NCBI GenBank assembly: GCA_963734495.1
Contig: CAVTHK010000005.1
Coordinates: 32,001-96,000 of the forward strand
Reading direction: 5' to 3'
Source: an uncultured Spirochaetota bacterium
Lineage (GTDB): Bacteria > Spirochaetota > Spirochaetia > SZUA-6 > CAVTHK01
Length of the DNA stretch: 64,000 nucleotides
The notes beneath the pieces are model-generated. The model was not told the DNA's origin. It did no database searches and worked only from the letters and a program-made list of their open reading frames with translations. A program made the translations under genes and the position numbers. Numbering within the stretch: the stretch's first letter is position 1; every line of letters starts with the position of its first letter. This document shows, in pieces, positions 19,612 through 30,679 of this stretch.

Positions 19612-21084
19612 TCAGGCTCGCCGCGACAAGCCGTTTTCGCGGCAGATCCTGCGGGACACGGACCGGGCCGTCAAAAGGCCGGAAGGAAGCCCGCCACCGG
19701 GGCTGATCCACTGGCCGACCATGTAGAAACCCGCCAGACCGGGGAGGACTTCCGGCAGTTGCCTGATGCCCGTGGTCGGTGTCATCAGCCAGCCCTCCAT
19801 GCTGCCGCGCCAGTTGCCGGTGTACCGCAGGACCGTGGCCGGAGTGGCTACATCGACGACCTCGACCTTGCCCCGCGCCGCAGGGAACCTCTCCTCGAAG
19901 ACCGCAACGACCTCCCTGGCGATTCGGCTCTTCTCAGCGTCGTATCTTGCGCGATCGTCGTCCCGAAGAGACCGCCAGTACGCGTCATTCGAGGTGACGA
20001 TGAGCACGACAGCGGCGGTCTTGCCCGCGGGGGCGAACGTCGGGTCGAAATTGAAGATGCGCATCGACAGCGAGTCGGTTCTAGTCTCCGGGTCGATATC
20101 CAGCGTCCGGCCCAGTGTCATGTACAGGTACGGCGGCTCGCCCTTCAGCTCGGCTCCTACACCAAGGGACACCTGAATGTAAGAAGGGAACAGCCGATAG
20201 GTCTTGTACACGGTGGCTATCTTGTCGCTCAGGTACTTCCCTTCAAGCATTCCAAAAATCGTCGCATGACCGTCGGCCGCCGAAACGACGACGTCCGCCG
20301 CAATGCGCTCTCCACTCTCGAGGACGACTCCGGTAGCTCGGCCCTTGTCGACGGAGATCGTCTTGACCTTGGCCGCGAAGCGGATTCTCCCTCCCAGTGA
20401 TCGATAGCGTTCCTCGATGAGACCGATCAGCCTGGGCGACCCGCCGACTGGATAGCCGGCGTTGCCGTTCGTCATCCATGCGAGCGAGAAGGCGATCGCA
20501 ATGAAAGACAGCTCGGTCAGGCCTGCGCCGAAGAACTCCCTCAGGAGTGGATTCCTGAATCGTTTCGCAAAGTCGCCCATAGTGAGCTTCGAGTACTTGC
20601 CGAACATCGGGAAATACGGAATCGCTCTCAAGTAGGACGCGAGGCGTGACAGGACCGAGTCGCCGCCGGGCATCCGGAAAGACGACAGCTTCCGGATGAG
20701 CGCGGTGAGCTCCTTGACCGCCGCGGCGTCTTCGGGCGCTTTGGCCAGGAGCTCCTTCTCCAGCCTGTCGACGTTCCGGTAGATCGTCAGTTGCGCACCG
20801 TCTTTCTCGATGACCTCGAACACATCCCCGTCGTGAAACTTGATACGGCCGATGTCCAAGACCTCTTTCCAGGTCGCGTTCATCTCGGCGCCTTCCCTGG
20901 ACCCGACGAGCCAGTGAACGCAGTTCTCGAAGGTGAAGCCTTTCCTCGTCCATGCGGTGGCGAGCCCGCCGGCTGCGGTGTGCATCTCGAGGATCTCGGT
21001 GTCCATGCCGTTCTTGCGCAGGTAGACGCCGGCGCACAGGCCCGCGATTCCCGCTCCGATGATCAGCGCTTTCTTGTTTTCCAT
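19612..21084 (-). CDS. NAD(P)/FAD-dependent oxidoreductase (phytoene desaturase family)
   Basis: IIGAGIAGL, GGLATAW, DVATPAT and GQWISPGGG motifs; start MENKK. Confidence 0.88.
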   Translation of the reverse strand: MENKKALIIGAGIAGLCAGVYLRKNGMDTEILEMHTAAGGLATAWTRKGFTFENCVHWLVGSREGAEMNATWKEVLDIGRIKFHDGDVFEVIEKDGAQLTIYRNVDRLEKELLAKAPEDAAAVKELTALIRKLSSFRMPGGDSVLSRLASYLRAIPYFPMFGKYSKLTMGDFAKRFRNPLLREFFGAGLTELSFIAIAFSLAWMTNGNAGYPVGGSPRLIGLIEERYRSLGGRIRFAAKVKTISVDKGRATGVVLESGERIAADVVVSAADGHATIFGMLEGKYLSDKIATVYKTYRLFPSYIQVSLGVGAELKGEPPYLYMTLGRTLDIDPETRTDSLSMRIFNFDPTFAPAGKTAAVVLIVTSNDAYWRSLRDDDRARYDAEKSRIAREVVAVFEERFPAARGKVEVVDVATPATVLRYTGNWRGSMEGWLMTPTTGIRQLPEVLPGLAGFYMVGQWISPGGGLPSGLLTARSVSRRICRENGLSRRA

Positions 21085-21553
21085 GCCGCCCTTCCGTGGA
21101 CATTCTCGACTCTGATGGCTCAGATACGCAGGACCAGAGCCAGGGAGGATGTGCGGTCCCAAGTCTACGCCGATCGAAACGGCGGCCGCAAGATGGAAAA
21201 GGCAGGACGGCATCATCGGACGTGGCGAGTTTGCGCGCGCGGCCTTCCCCCGCACGGGCCCGCATGGGGTTTGTTGCCCGGACTTGTGGCGGCCTGCCTG
21301 TTGCGGATTGACGCGCACGGGCCTAGAATCAGGTGTCAGAGCCATCACGCTTGAGGCAGACCGAGGCGAGCCAGCGGATGGCCGGAAACAGCGTGGCCCG
21401 CCCGACCCGGATCGGCAGGCGCGAAGGCAGGGCGACGGCCGAGCTACCACCCGAGTGGGGCAGTGTTCTGCGCCCGGTCGCTCGATGTCGCGAGGCGTGC
21501 TGGCTCGAGCGGCCACGGTCGTTGCCGATTGCATCCCGGAAAGGAGAGAGAAC

Positions 21554-22408
21554 ATGAGCCATGGATCCGTTGCTCCGCTGACCTTCCTGCTGTCTTGTAT
21601 GGGCGCTCTCGCCCAGCAGCCCGCTCCTCTGGCACCCGTCACCCTGCAGCAGGTCGCCCCCAACCTTTACATGACGGTCGGCGGACGGGGCGCGCAGGGC
21701 GGAGTCTACATTGGTGACACCGAAGTGCTTCTCATCGACTCGAAGCAGGACGCAGCATCGGTCGGGCAGGTTTTCGCGGAGATCAGGAAGCTCACGAACA
21801 ATCCGGTCACACGCCTGGTGAACACCCACGCCGATGGTGACCACGTGTTCGGGAACAGGTTCCTGCCTGCGGGTGTGACCGTCATCGCGCACGAGAACTG
21901 CCTCAAGGAGTTCTTCGCGGCGAGCATGGGCGGCCAGGCGTCCGACTGGAACAATCCGGCACTGAAAGCGTCCCTGCCCTCGGTGACCTACCGGGACAGG
22001 ATGATCCTCCAGGTCGGCGCGAAGAAAGTCGAGCTCTGGTACTTTGGGGTCGGCCACACCACTGGCGATACGGTGGTCTTCTTCCCTGATGAGAAGGTGG
22101 CGTTCGTGGGAGACCAGCTGTTTGTCGGGCGGGTGCAGCTCATCCACGCATACAAAGGCGGGAGCTCGCTTGGCGAAGTGGCGGCCCTGGAGCAGATGCT
22201 CGCTACCATCGACGCCCGGCGATTCGTCAGCGGCCACAGTGAAATCCAGGACCGCGCGGGAGTACAGGCCCACGCCGCCCGCATGAAGGCGATGCAGGAG
22301 AAAGTCCGCGGCTTGAAAGCGGCGGGCCTGAGCCTCGAGGATGTCCAGAAGCAGTTCGCGCAGAACGAAATGACCCTCGTCGGCGTGATCTTCGCCGAAA
22401 CGAAGTAG
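21554..22408 (+). CDS. Exported MBL-fold metallo-hydrolase
   Basis: NTHADGDH, GHTTGD and VSGH motifs; signal peptide; AGGAGAG RBS. Confidence 0.88.
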   Translation: MSHGSVAPLTFLLSCMGALAQQPAPLAPVTLQQVAPNLYMTVGGRGAQGGVYIGDTEVLLIDSKQDAASVGQVFAEIRKLTNNPVTRLVNTHADGDHVFGNRFLPAGVTVIAHENCLKEFFAASMGGQASDWNNPALKASLPSVTYRDRMILQVGAKKVELWYFGVGHTTGDTVVFFPDEKVAFVGDQLFVGRVQLIHAYKGGSSLGEVAALEQMLATIDARRFVSGHSEIQDRAGVQAHAARMKAMQEKVRGLKAAGLSLEDVQKQFAQNEMTLVGVIFAETK

Positions 22409-22541
22409 AACCCGCGCCCGTCGGGCGAGACGCGCCCCATTCACGCATTCACGGGCCGCCCGACGGCAGGAGAGTGCGCATCTTGCGCCGCGTCGCGCGG
22501 GGCACTAACATCGGCAGCAGGTAACAACGTCGGAGGCTGTC

Positions 22542-23660
<1,119 letters not shown>

Positions 23661-23688
23661 CGAGACGAGAACCCGCCCCCGCGGCTCC

Positions 23689-24516
23689 TCAGCGGACGGC
23701 ACGGATGTGGTGGCACTGCGCGAGCCACGCCGCCGTTCCGCCCGTGAGCTCCACCGGCTCCACCACGCTGACCAGCGCCGCGACCTTGGCTCCCGTCGTG
23801 ATGACGGGCGATCCCGGATCGGGCGCCCGGCGGCGGACGAAGACGTCGAACGACTCCGGCCCCGTCACGATGAGCAGGGCGTGATAGCTGCGCACGTCCT
23901 CGGTGCCGATCCACTCGCCGGTCACGAGGTCCACGTCCACCTCGACGGGCGCGATGGCGCCCCCGAGACCCTCCTCGAGCAGGAGCCGGGAAACGTACCC
24001 GCGCTCGTCGTCTTCGGTGGGAAGCGCGAGCAGACTCCGGAGACCCGCCGAGACCTTGAGGCCCTGGCCTACGCCGCTGGCAACCGGAGCGCCCTTGCGG
24101 ATCTGGTCGTTGAGGTCCTTGAGCAGGGCGTCCATCAGCTGGTCCGATGGCCTGGCGCCCGGGGCGTAGGCCTCCAGGAGCCGCGCGGTCGGCGGGGTGA
24201 GGGACTTCCTGAGGTACAACGCGAGCGGCCCGGTCCCGCGCCGGATCTCGGTCGCCAGGGCCGCCGGCTCGAGGATCTCCTCGCGCCTCAGCGTGAAGAA
24301 CCAGGCCGCCTTGGGAACCACGTCGGCGACCGTGCCGGTCAGGACGTACAGCTTGGTCCGGTCGACAGCCTGTGGGCGACCGTCGTCGAGCAGGCGGCCG
24401 AGCTCCTTGAGGCCCGTCCCGAAGTCTACGATCGAATCGAACTGGGAAATGTTCTGGGCCGGCAGCAGGGCCGCGACAAGGCCGAGCAGCGGGCCAATGA
24501 TCAGCTTACTGCGCAT
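23689..24516 (-). CDS. Hypothetical exported protein
   Basis: Signal-peptide-like start MRSKLIIGPLLG; upstream TTGACC-N18-TACTAT. Confidence 0.65.
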   Translation of the reverse strand: MRSKLIIGPLLGLVAALLPAQNISQFDSIVDFGTGLKELGRLLDDGRPQAVDRTKLYVLTGTVADVVPKAAWFFTLRREEILEPAALATEIRRGTGPLALYLRKSLTPPTARLLEAYAPGARPSDQLMDALLKDLNDQIRKGAPVASGVGQGLKVSAGLRSLLALPTEDDERGYVSRLLLEEGLGGAIAPVEVDVDLVTGEWIGTEDVRSYHALLIVTGPESFDVFVRRRAPDPGSPVITTGAKVAALVSVVEPVELTGGTAAWLAQCHHIRAVR

Positions 24517-24822
24517 GCGCGGGCCCCCCAGAGGTGGCCGCATAGTAAGCCGTCGCTCCGAAGGCGGTCAAGGACAGGCGCCCTGGTCCCCGGAGGTCCC
24601 GCGTACTCGCGGGAGTGCGTATTCGCCGGAGATGGCGTTGGTGCCGGGCTGGGACAGCGCTTTTGACCGGCGTGCTCGCCGTGTGCTCGCGGGGGAGGCC
24701 CTGGCCCGGGCCGATCGCGCGCGCCCGGGCGCCGGCTCTCCGCGGCGGGAGCTCGCCGTCGCAGCGCTCCGGGCAGGGCTGCAGCGCGCACCCGATGCCG
24801 ACGGCGCCGGGCCTTTTCCCAT

Positions 24823-24851
24823 TTGACAAAGGAATAGGCGGCCGATACTAT
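24823..24851 (+). promoter_or_regulatory. Sigma70-type promoter of the STAS-CesT-PspA operon
   Basis: TTGACA-N17-TACTAT. Confidence 0.7.
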
Positions 24852-24915
24852 AGGAATACCTTGCAGGGAGTTGGGAGATTGGCTCCAGTATCTCTAATCT
24901 CGGGCTGGGGATGGT

Positions 24916-25467
24916 ATGAGCAACAACGAGATCGTACCCGGGTTCGATGACGAAAAGGACGATAGCCTCAAGATCCGGCTCCAGAAGTTCGACGGCGTCG
25001 ATAACTGCCTCGCTCTCTACCTGACGGGCTATATCGACACGTACAACTCGAACTACTTCCAGAAGCGGGTCAACAAGGCGATCGAAGCGAGCTACATCAA
25101 GCTGATCTTCCACTGCGGCGGCTTGAACTACGTCTCGAGCACCGGCATCGGCTCCTTCACGGCGTTCCTCAAGGCGGTCAAGCCGCGCGGCGGCGACCTC
25201 GTCCTGCTCGAGATCCAGCCCAAAGTATACGAAGTCTTCCAGTTGCTGGGGTTCTCGCAGTTCTTCAACATCAAGGACACGCTCGACGAGGCGGTGCAGT
25301 TCTTCGCCCGCAAGGGAGAAGCGGCGACCGGGGCCGCCTTCCCCAAAATTTTCAATTGTCCGATCTGCAGCACCAAGCTCAAAGCAGGCAAACCGGGACG
25401 GTTCCGGTGCTCGAACTGCAAGACGATACTGGCCATAGACAACACGGGGCAGGTGTTCCTCGGCTGA
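24916..25467 (+). CDS. STAS anti-sigma-factor antagonist with C-terminal zinc ribbon
   Basis: GYIDTYN and LNYVSSTGIG (STAS); CPIC...CSNC. Confidence 0.88.
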   Translation: MSNNEIVPGFDDEKDDSLKIRLQKFDGVDNCLALYLTGYIDTYNSNYFQKRVNKAIEASYIKLIFHCGGLNYVSSTGIGSFTAFLKAVKPRGGDLVLLEIQPKVYEVFQLLGFSQFFNIKDTLDEAVQFFARKGEAATGAAFPKIFNCPICSTKLKAGKPGRFRCSNCKTILAIDNTGQVFLG

Positions 25468-25546
25468 GGCTGCGATCCCGCCAGCCCCCGTCGCCGCCCG
25501 ACCCCGTAGGCCCGGCGTACTTGCCGGCTGCACTGCCGGAGGCGGT

Positions 25547-25930
25547 ATGATCAGCAGAGAAAAGCTCGAAGGTTACATGCACGAGCTCGCGCTCACTTAC
25601 CAGGAGCAGGGCGACAACATCTGGCTCGTTTCCGGCAACCAGACCGGCCTCGAGAACGTGGTGGTCATGAAGGCCGACCCGGTGGTCGTGATCCAGGTCA
25701 AGGTCATGAAGGCCCCGCAGAAGCGCCGGGCGGAGCTGTTCGAGCAGCTGCTGCGGTTCAACGCGACGGACATGGTGCACGGAGCCTATGCCCTGCAGGG
25801 CGACGACATCGTCCTCATCGATTCGCTCGAAGGGGAGAGCATGGACTTGAGCGAGTTCCAGGCCTCTCTCGACTCGTTCGGTGTGGCGCTGTCGCAGCAC
25901 TATCAGATCCTGGCCAAGTATCGGAGCTGA
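25547..25930 (+). CDS. CesT/YbjN-like chaperone-fold protein
   Basis: 127 aa, acidic, LFEQLLRFNATDMVHGAY; directly upstream of pspA. Confidence 0.7.
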   Translation: MISREKLEGYMHELALTYQEQGDNIWLVSGNQTGLENVVVMKADPVVVIQVKVMKAPQKRRAELFEQLLRFNATDMVHGAYALQGDDIVLIDSLEGESMDLSEFQASLDSFGVALSQHYQILAKYRS

Positions 25931-25943
25931 GTGGGGGGGTACG

Positions 25944-26633
25944 ATGGGTCTTTTCAAGCGCTTCCGTGATGTGATCCGGGCCAATATCAACGCCATGATC
26001 AGCCGCTCGGAGAACCCGGAAAAGATGCTCAACCAGATGGTTCTCGACATGAACGAGCAGCTCATCGAGAGCAAGAAGGGCGTGGCGGGGGCCATCGCGG
26101 ACGAGAAGCGGCTCGAGCGTCAGATCAGGGAGAACCAGGCCAAGGCCGAGGAGTGGGAGCAGAAGGCCGTGCTGGCGGTCAACGCCGGCAAGGACGACCT
26201 CGCCAAGGAAGCCCTGCTCCGCAAGCAGGAATACGAGAAATACGCTCTGGAGCTCAAGCCTCAGTGGGACGCGCAGAGGGCCAGCGTCGACAAGCTCAAG
26301 GAAAGCCTCAAGGCGCTGCAGCGCAAGATCGAAGAGGCGAATAGGAAGAAGAACATCCTGATCGCGCGCGCCAAGCGGGCGGAGGCCCAGAAGCTGCTGC
26401 AGAACACCATGGGCGGGATGGGCGACAACTCGGCGTTCGAGGCCTTTGACCGCATGGCCGCCAAGGTCGACCAGCTCGAAGCCGAAGGCGAGGCCATGGC
26501 CGAGATCGAGGGCGTCAACGAGGACGCAAGCCTCGAGGCGCAGTTCAAGCAGCTCGAAGGCGGGCAGGCCACGGCGGACAAGCTCCTCGAGGACCTCAAG
26601 AGCAAGATGAAGCGGATCGAGGACAAGACCTGA
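25944..26633 (+). CDS. pspA: PspA/IM30 family protein
   Basis: MGLFKRF...ENPEKML, DDLAKEAL and FDRM motifs; coiled coil. Confidence 0.92.
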   Translation: MGLFKRFRDVIRANINAMISRSENPEKMLNQMVLDMNEQLIESKKGVAGAIADEKRLERQIRENQAKAEEWEQKAVLAVNAGKDDLAKEALLRKQEYEKYALELKPQWDAQRASVDKLKESLKALQRKIEEANRKKNILIARAKRAEAQKLLQNTMGGMGDNSAFEAFDRMAAKVDQLEAEGEAMAEIEGVNEDASLEAQFKQLEGGQATADKLLEDLKSKMKRIEDKT

Positions 26634-26649
26634 GCGCGGAGGTGCTGCC

Positions 26650-27315
26650 ATCTGGTCGGTTAACTTCGTTTCAGACGATCCGATCCGCTCCGAGCACGTC
26701 CGGTCCCTCGCCAGCCGGCTGATCGAGTACCGCGTCGCCTGCACGGAAGAGCCGGCGGGTCGTGACTACGACGCGCTGGTCCTGCCGTCGAGCATGCTGG
26801 AGCTCGCCGGGCGGCTCGCCTCCACCCCGCCTCCGACCCCCGCGGCCGGCTGGCTCCCCGTGATCGCCTACGGCGCGTCATACGACATGCGCCGCGCCTT
26901 TCTCGCGGGCTGCTTCGACTACCTGAAAGATCCCTGGTTCCCGGAGGAGCTCCTCCTCAGGCTCGACCGCCTCTTCCGGGTCACGCACAGGCCTCCGACC
27001 TGGCGCGGAGTGTCGCTGCAGGGCTGCCTGCTCGTTTCGGACAAGGGGCAGGAGGAGCTCTCGTACGTCGAGGCTGTGATCCTCAAGACGCTCCTGGCCC
27101 ACCGCGGCGAGGTCGTGCCTAGGGACGTGCTCTTCTACGCCATCTGGGGACACCTCCCGGAGAACGCGAGCCGGGCGGTGGACGTCCACATCTCCACTTT
27201 GAGGAAGAAGATCCACCGCCTGTGTGCCGACAATGACACCGGGATGAGCGTCATCACGTCCGTGAGACGGATCGGCTACACGATTGCCGATGACGCCCCC
27301 GGAATCCCTTCGTGA
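26650..27315 (+). CDS. OmpR-type winged-helix regulator with degenerate receiver
   Basis: AGCFDYLKDPW, RAVDVHISTLRKK and SVRRIGY. The open frame extends to ATC 26650 behind GGAGGT; the first ATG is at 26794. Confidence 0.75.
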   Translation: MWSVNFVSDDPIRSEHVRSLASRLIEYRVACTEEPAGRDYDALVLPSSMLELAGRLASTPPPTPAAGWLPVIAYGASYDMRRAFLAGCFDYLKDPWFPEELLLRLDRLFRVTHRPPTWRGVSLQGCLLVSDKGQEELSYVEAVILKTLLAHRGEVVPRDVLFYAIWGHLPENASRAVDVHISTLRKKIHRLCADNDTGMSVITSVRRIGYTIADDAPGIPS

Positions 27316-28229
27316 GACTGCTGGTCAGACAGCTTACCGCCTTCATCGTCGCGTTTCTCGGCGCCCTCGCGCTCCTCGGGGTCGTCGCATCGTTCTCGCA
27401 GGCCGCGATCGCGCGCAGCGCCTCCGTGCCGGCCGCACGGATCGCCGAGCAGGCGGGGGCTTCGCTCTTTCCCGCGGTCCTGATCGCATCGCTGGCAGCC
27501 GCTCTCCTCGCCCGCGTCCGCGGCAGCACGCTCGCCGTGGCCGCGGCGGCCCTCGTCGCTCTGGCGGCAGGGCGGGCGCTGCTCAAGCCGGCCGGGGAGC
27601 AGCCCCGTGCGTCCGCGCGGGCGGACACGCTGGTGGCGCCGCGCGAGATGCTCGAGACGGCCGATGCCGGCGTCTGGCTGTACGCGGGAGAGGTCGTCGG
27701 CGCCGACCGCCTGCGCGACCTGGCGTTCATCGCGACGAGCGCGCCCTCCCCGCCCCGCCTCGGCTACGCGGCGGAGGCCCGCATCGGACGCGACCTCAGG
27801 GTCGGCCCCCATCGGCTGAAGGCCGAGCCCGTCAGGCTCACGCTTCTCGCCGCCGACGAATCGATCCGGTCCATCGCCGCGGACCTCGCGCTGCTGCAGG
27901 AGCGGGTGCGCGGGGCGCGGGCCGGAGGCGCGCCCGCCGCGGCGCTGGCGGGCGCGCTGCTGGCGTTTGCAGGCGTCGGCGTGCTGGTCCGCCGCAGCCG
28001 CTGGCCGCTCGCCGGGTGGAGCGTGGCGCTGCTCGCCGCCCGTGGGCTCCTCATCGGCTACCGGTTCGCCGCCGGTGCCCAGGCGCAGGCGTTCGCAGCG
28101 CGGTACCTGGGCGCGAACGCGCCCATGGCGCCGACCGCTGGCCTGCTGCTGATCGGCCTGATCCTCGTCGCATCCGACGTCATCCTCACATCCAGGCAGG
28201 GGACCCGCCGAGGAGCAGGCCTTGTTTGA
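27312..28229 (+). CDS. Hypothetical membrane protein
   Basis: Hydrophobic segments at both ends; GTGA overlap with the upstream gene. Confidence 0.6.
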   Translation: MRLLVRQLTAFIVAFLGALALLGVVASFSQAAIARSASVPAARIAEQAGASLFPAVLIASLAAALLARVRGSTLAVAAAALVALAAGRALLKPAGEQPRASARADTLVAPREMLETADAGVWLYAGEVVGADRLRDLAFIATSAPSPPRLGYAAEARIGRDLRVGPHRLKAEPVRLTLLAADESIRSIAADLALLQERVRGARAGGAPAAALAGALLAFAGVGVLVRRSRWPLAGWSVALLAARGLLIGYRFAAGAQAQAFAARYLGANAPMAPTAGLLLIGLILVASDVILTSRQGTRRGAGLV

Positions 28230-30090
28230 GCGGCCGGCACGACCCGTCCTACCGGTCATCCTGGCGGTGGCGCTGGTCTGCCTCATGCTCGGCGCCGCAT
28301 ACGCCGCCTACGAGCTGTACAGCCGCAATATCCTTCCGGTCTTCGCGGGACCCTACGTGCGAGCTCGGGGCGAAGCGCTGTCGATTGCCGGCTTTGCCGC
28401 CGCCTATCTCGCGGCGGTCACGCTGTACGCCGGGGCATTCAGCCGTTCGCGCCGGGGCGACCGCGCTTCTTCGAGCCGCCTGGTGCGGATCTCGGTGGTC
28501 GCCGCATGCGCCTACGCCGTGCTGAGCGTGCTCGTCGAGCCGCGCGTTGTGCGCGAATACGAGAGCATGCGGCGCCGCAGCGAGGAGGCGAACGGGCACC
28601 TGAGGCTGGCCGGCGAGGCGAAGACCGCGAACGACCTCGTCGGCCAGCGGGAACACATCGAGGCGTACCTCGCGATCGACCCGGGCAACGGAATCTGGCG
28701 CAGGGCGCTGGATAACATCACGGGACAGATGGCAGCGGGAACACCGAAGGCGGCTCCGCCCGCGCCGGCGCCGATCAAGGCCGCCGAGCCGAGCGCGGCC
28801 TCCCTGGTCGCGAGGGCTCGCGCCTACTTCGCTCAGAGGGACTACGCCACGGCGTACACGCTCGCCGATCGCGCGGCGGCCATCGCCCCGGCGAGCCGCG
28901 AGGCGGCCGCCCTGCGCGCGCAGGCGCTCGACGCGCTCGGCCGGGTGGAGCCGAGCCCCGCGGACGTGGCGAAGAGCGACCTGTACCTCGTCAAGGAACA
29001 GGGGAAGAAGGCGCTCGAGGCGCACGACCCCGCGGGCGCGTACTACATCCTCAAGAGAGCGTCGCGACGGTGGCCGCAGGACGCCGAGCTCCTCGAGTTG
29101 CTCGGCAACGCCGAGCAGCTTCTGTCCGCGTTCGCCTTTTTCGACGACACGGTCCCCGACCCGCAGAAGGTGCCGCCGCGCGACCGCGCGAGCCGCGTCG
29201 CCTTCGTCAACCGGCGCGAGGGCGGCCTCGTCGAAATCGTCTATGCGGACACCGTGGCGCGCGTTCCGCGGACGAGGGACGTCAGGGTCAGGGACGACAA
29301 CGGCCTCGAGAGGATGATCCGCGAGGAGTTCGTCGAGGTCACTCTCTACGGCATCGAAGCCATGGCTTTCGGCGGCGGGAGCGTCGCTTACCACATGGTC
29401 GCCCCCGTGGGGCGGGTTCAGGCGGAGCCCGCGTCCAGGGAGCGTCAGCTCCTCGCGGACCAGATCCGGCAGGTGGCGGGCCGGCTCGTGCCTCCTGCCG
29501 CGCCCGCGACTCCGGTCGCGCAGATCAGCCTGCTCGAGCTCTCGCGGGACGTCCAGGGAGAGCGCCGCGAGCCCCGGTTCGTGATCGGTACGGCGGCCAG
29601 GTTCGAGGGGTTCGGGCTCAAGGCGCGCGTGGAGCCCGGCAAGGCGGGAGCGAGCCCGCTGCCGCTCATGGTGCCCGTGACCACGGTCTGGGCGCTCGGC
29701 CTCGACGTCGGCAGCGTGCGGGAGCGCGACGTCATCGAGCTCTGGACGCTTTCCCGCGCGACCGCGAGCCTCGCCGTGAAGGTCGAGCTCGCCGTACGCG
29801 CCGTCGGGCCGTTCGTGCTGCTGCTTCTGGGCGCCGTTGCGGCCGGCGTCGCCGCGCGGCATCCGCCCGCGGCGGCCCTTCCGTCCCGCACGTACCTCCT
29901 CACTCCCGCGGTTGCGGCCGCGGGCTACATCGCGTTCGTGCTCTCGCTGCACATCGTGCGCGTGGCGGTCGTCCTGCTCGCCGACGGCCTCGGCTGGCCG
30001 GCGGGGATGACGGTCCTGGCGGCTGCGCTGCTCGGCCTGCTGGTGGTCTCGTTCGTCTGGATGGACCGGTCACTGCGCCGCGCGGTCTGA
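28222..30090 (+). CDS. Membrane protein with TPR-like extracytoplasmic region
   Basis: N- and C-terminal TM groups; helical repeats (ARAYFAQRDYATAY, AGAYYIL). Confidence 0.65.
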   Translation: MFERPARPVLPVILAVALVCLMLGAAYAAYELYSRNILPVFAGPYVRARGEALSIAGFAAAYLAAVTLYAGAFSRSRRGDRASSSRLVRISVVAACAYAVLSVLVEPRVVREYESMRRRSEEANGHLRLAGEAKTANDLVGQREHIEAYLAIDPGNGIWRRALDNITGQMAAGTPKAAPPAPAPIKAAEPSAASLVARARAYFAQRDYATAYTLADRAAAIAPASREAAALRAQALDALGRVEPSPADVAKSDLYLVKEQGKKALEAHDPAGAYYILKRASRRWPQDAELLELLGNAEQLLSAFAFFDDTVPDPQKVPPRDRASRVAFVNRREGGLVEIVYADTVARVPRTRDVRVRDDNGLERMIREEFVEVTLYGIEAMAFGGGSVAYHMVAPVGRVQAEPASRERQLLADQIRQVAGRLVPPAAPATPVAQISLLELSRDVQGERREPRFVIGTAARFEGFGLKARVEPGKAGASPLPLMVPVTTVWALGLDVGSVRERDVIELWTLSRATASLAVKVELAVRAVGPFVLLLLGAVAAGVAARHPPAAALPSRTYLLTPAVAAAGYIAFVLSLHIVRVAVVLLADGLGWPAGMTVLAAALLGLLVVSFVWMDRSLRRAV

Positions 30091-30098
30091 AAGACGCG

Positions 30099-30124
30099 GG
30101 AACCACAGCGCCCCGTGCGACGAC
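30099..30124 (+). promoter_or_regulatory. Possible ECF-sigma promoter
   Basis: GGAACC-N16-CGAC upstream of the Spy-ECF-anti-sigma module. Confidence 0.3.
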
Positions 30125-30182
30125 CAACGGGGAAACGGTCGCGGCGCGCGGCAGGCACGCGCGAACGCGGGGAGGAATCGGG

Positions 30183-30668
30183 ATGAGACTCTTCGTGACG
30201 ATGATCGCAGCAGGCTGTCTCGCCGCGACGACGCTGGCGGCGCAGGCGATCCCCTGGGAAGACACGGGGCTCTACGAGCGGCTCGGCCTGAGCGAGCAGC
30301 AGACGGCCAGGATCCAGGACACCATCGCCCGCGAAGACAAGGTGATGCGCGAGGCGCAGGCGGAGCTGAACATCCGCAGGGCGCAGCTCGAGAGGCTCCT
30401 GCTCGACACCGACCCCGACATGAAGCAGGTCGAGCGTCTCCTGCAGCAGACAGTGGACTGGAAGGTCAGGAGCGAGATGGCGGCGATCCGGCTGCGCGTC
30501 GAGGTCCGCAAGATCGTGGGCGAGCAGAAATGGGACCAGCTCCTGCGCACGTGGCGCAGCTTGCGCGCGCGCGCCGGCCGGGCGGCGGACTCCCGCCCCG
30601 ACGCACGCACGCCCCAGAGCGGTCCGGCGCCGGCCTCGCCGGGGCCCCGGCAGCCGCCGGCGCGCTGA
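30183..30668 (+). CDS. Spy/CpxP/ZraP-like periplasmic protein
   Basis: Signal peptide, LGLSEQQ, helical body; GGAGG RBS. Confidence 0.7.
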   Translation: MRLFVTMIAAGCLAATTLAAQAIPWEDTGLYERLGLSEQQTARIQDTIAREDKVMREAQAELNIRRAQLERLLLDTDPDMKQVERLLQQTVDWKVRSEMAAIRLRVEVRKIVGEQKWDQLLRTWRSLRARAGRAADSRPDARTPQSGPAPASPGPRQPPAR

Positions 30669-30679
30669 ACGCCGACCTC

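Noticed and set aside
21554-22408. MBL-fold protein as a beta-lactamase
   Set aside because: The fold motif alone does not define the substrate, and the metal motif is atypical (HADGDH).
25547-25930. CesT-like gene as evidence of type III secretion
   Set aside because: No secretion apparatus genes; its context is pspA.
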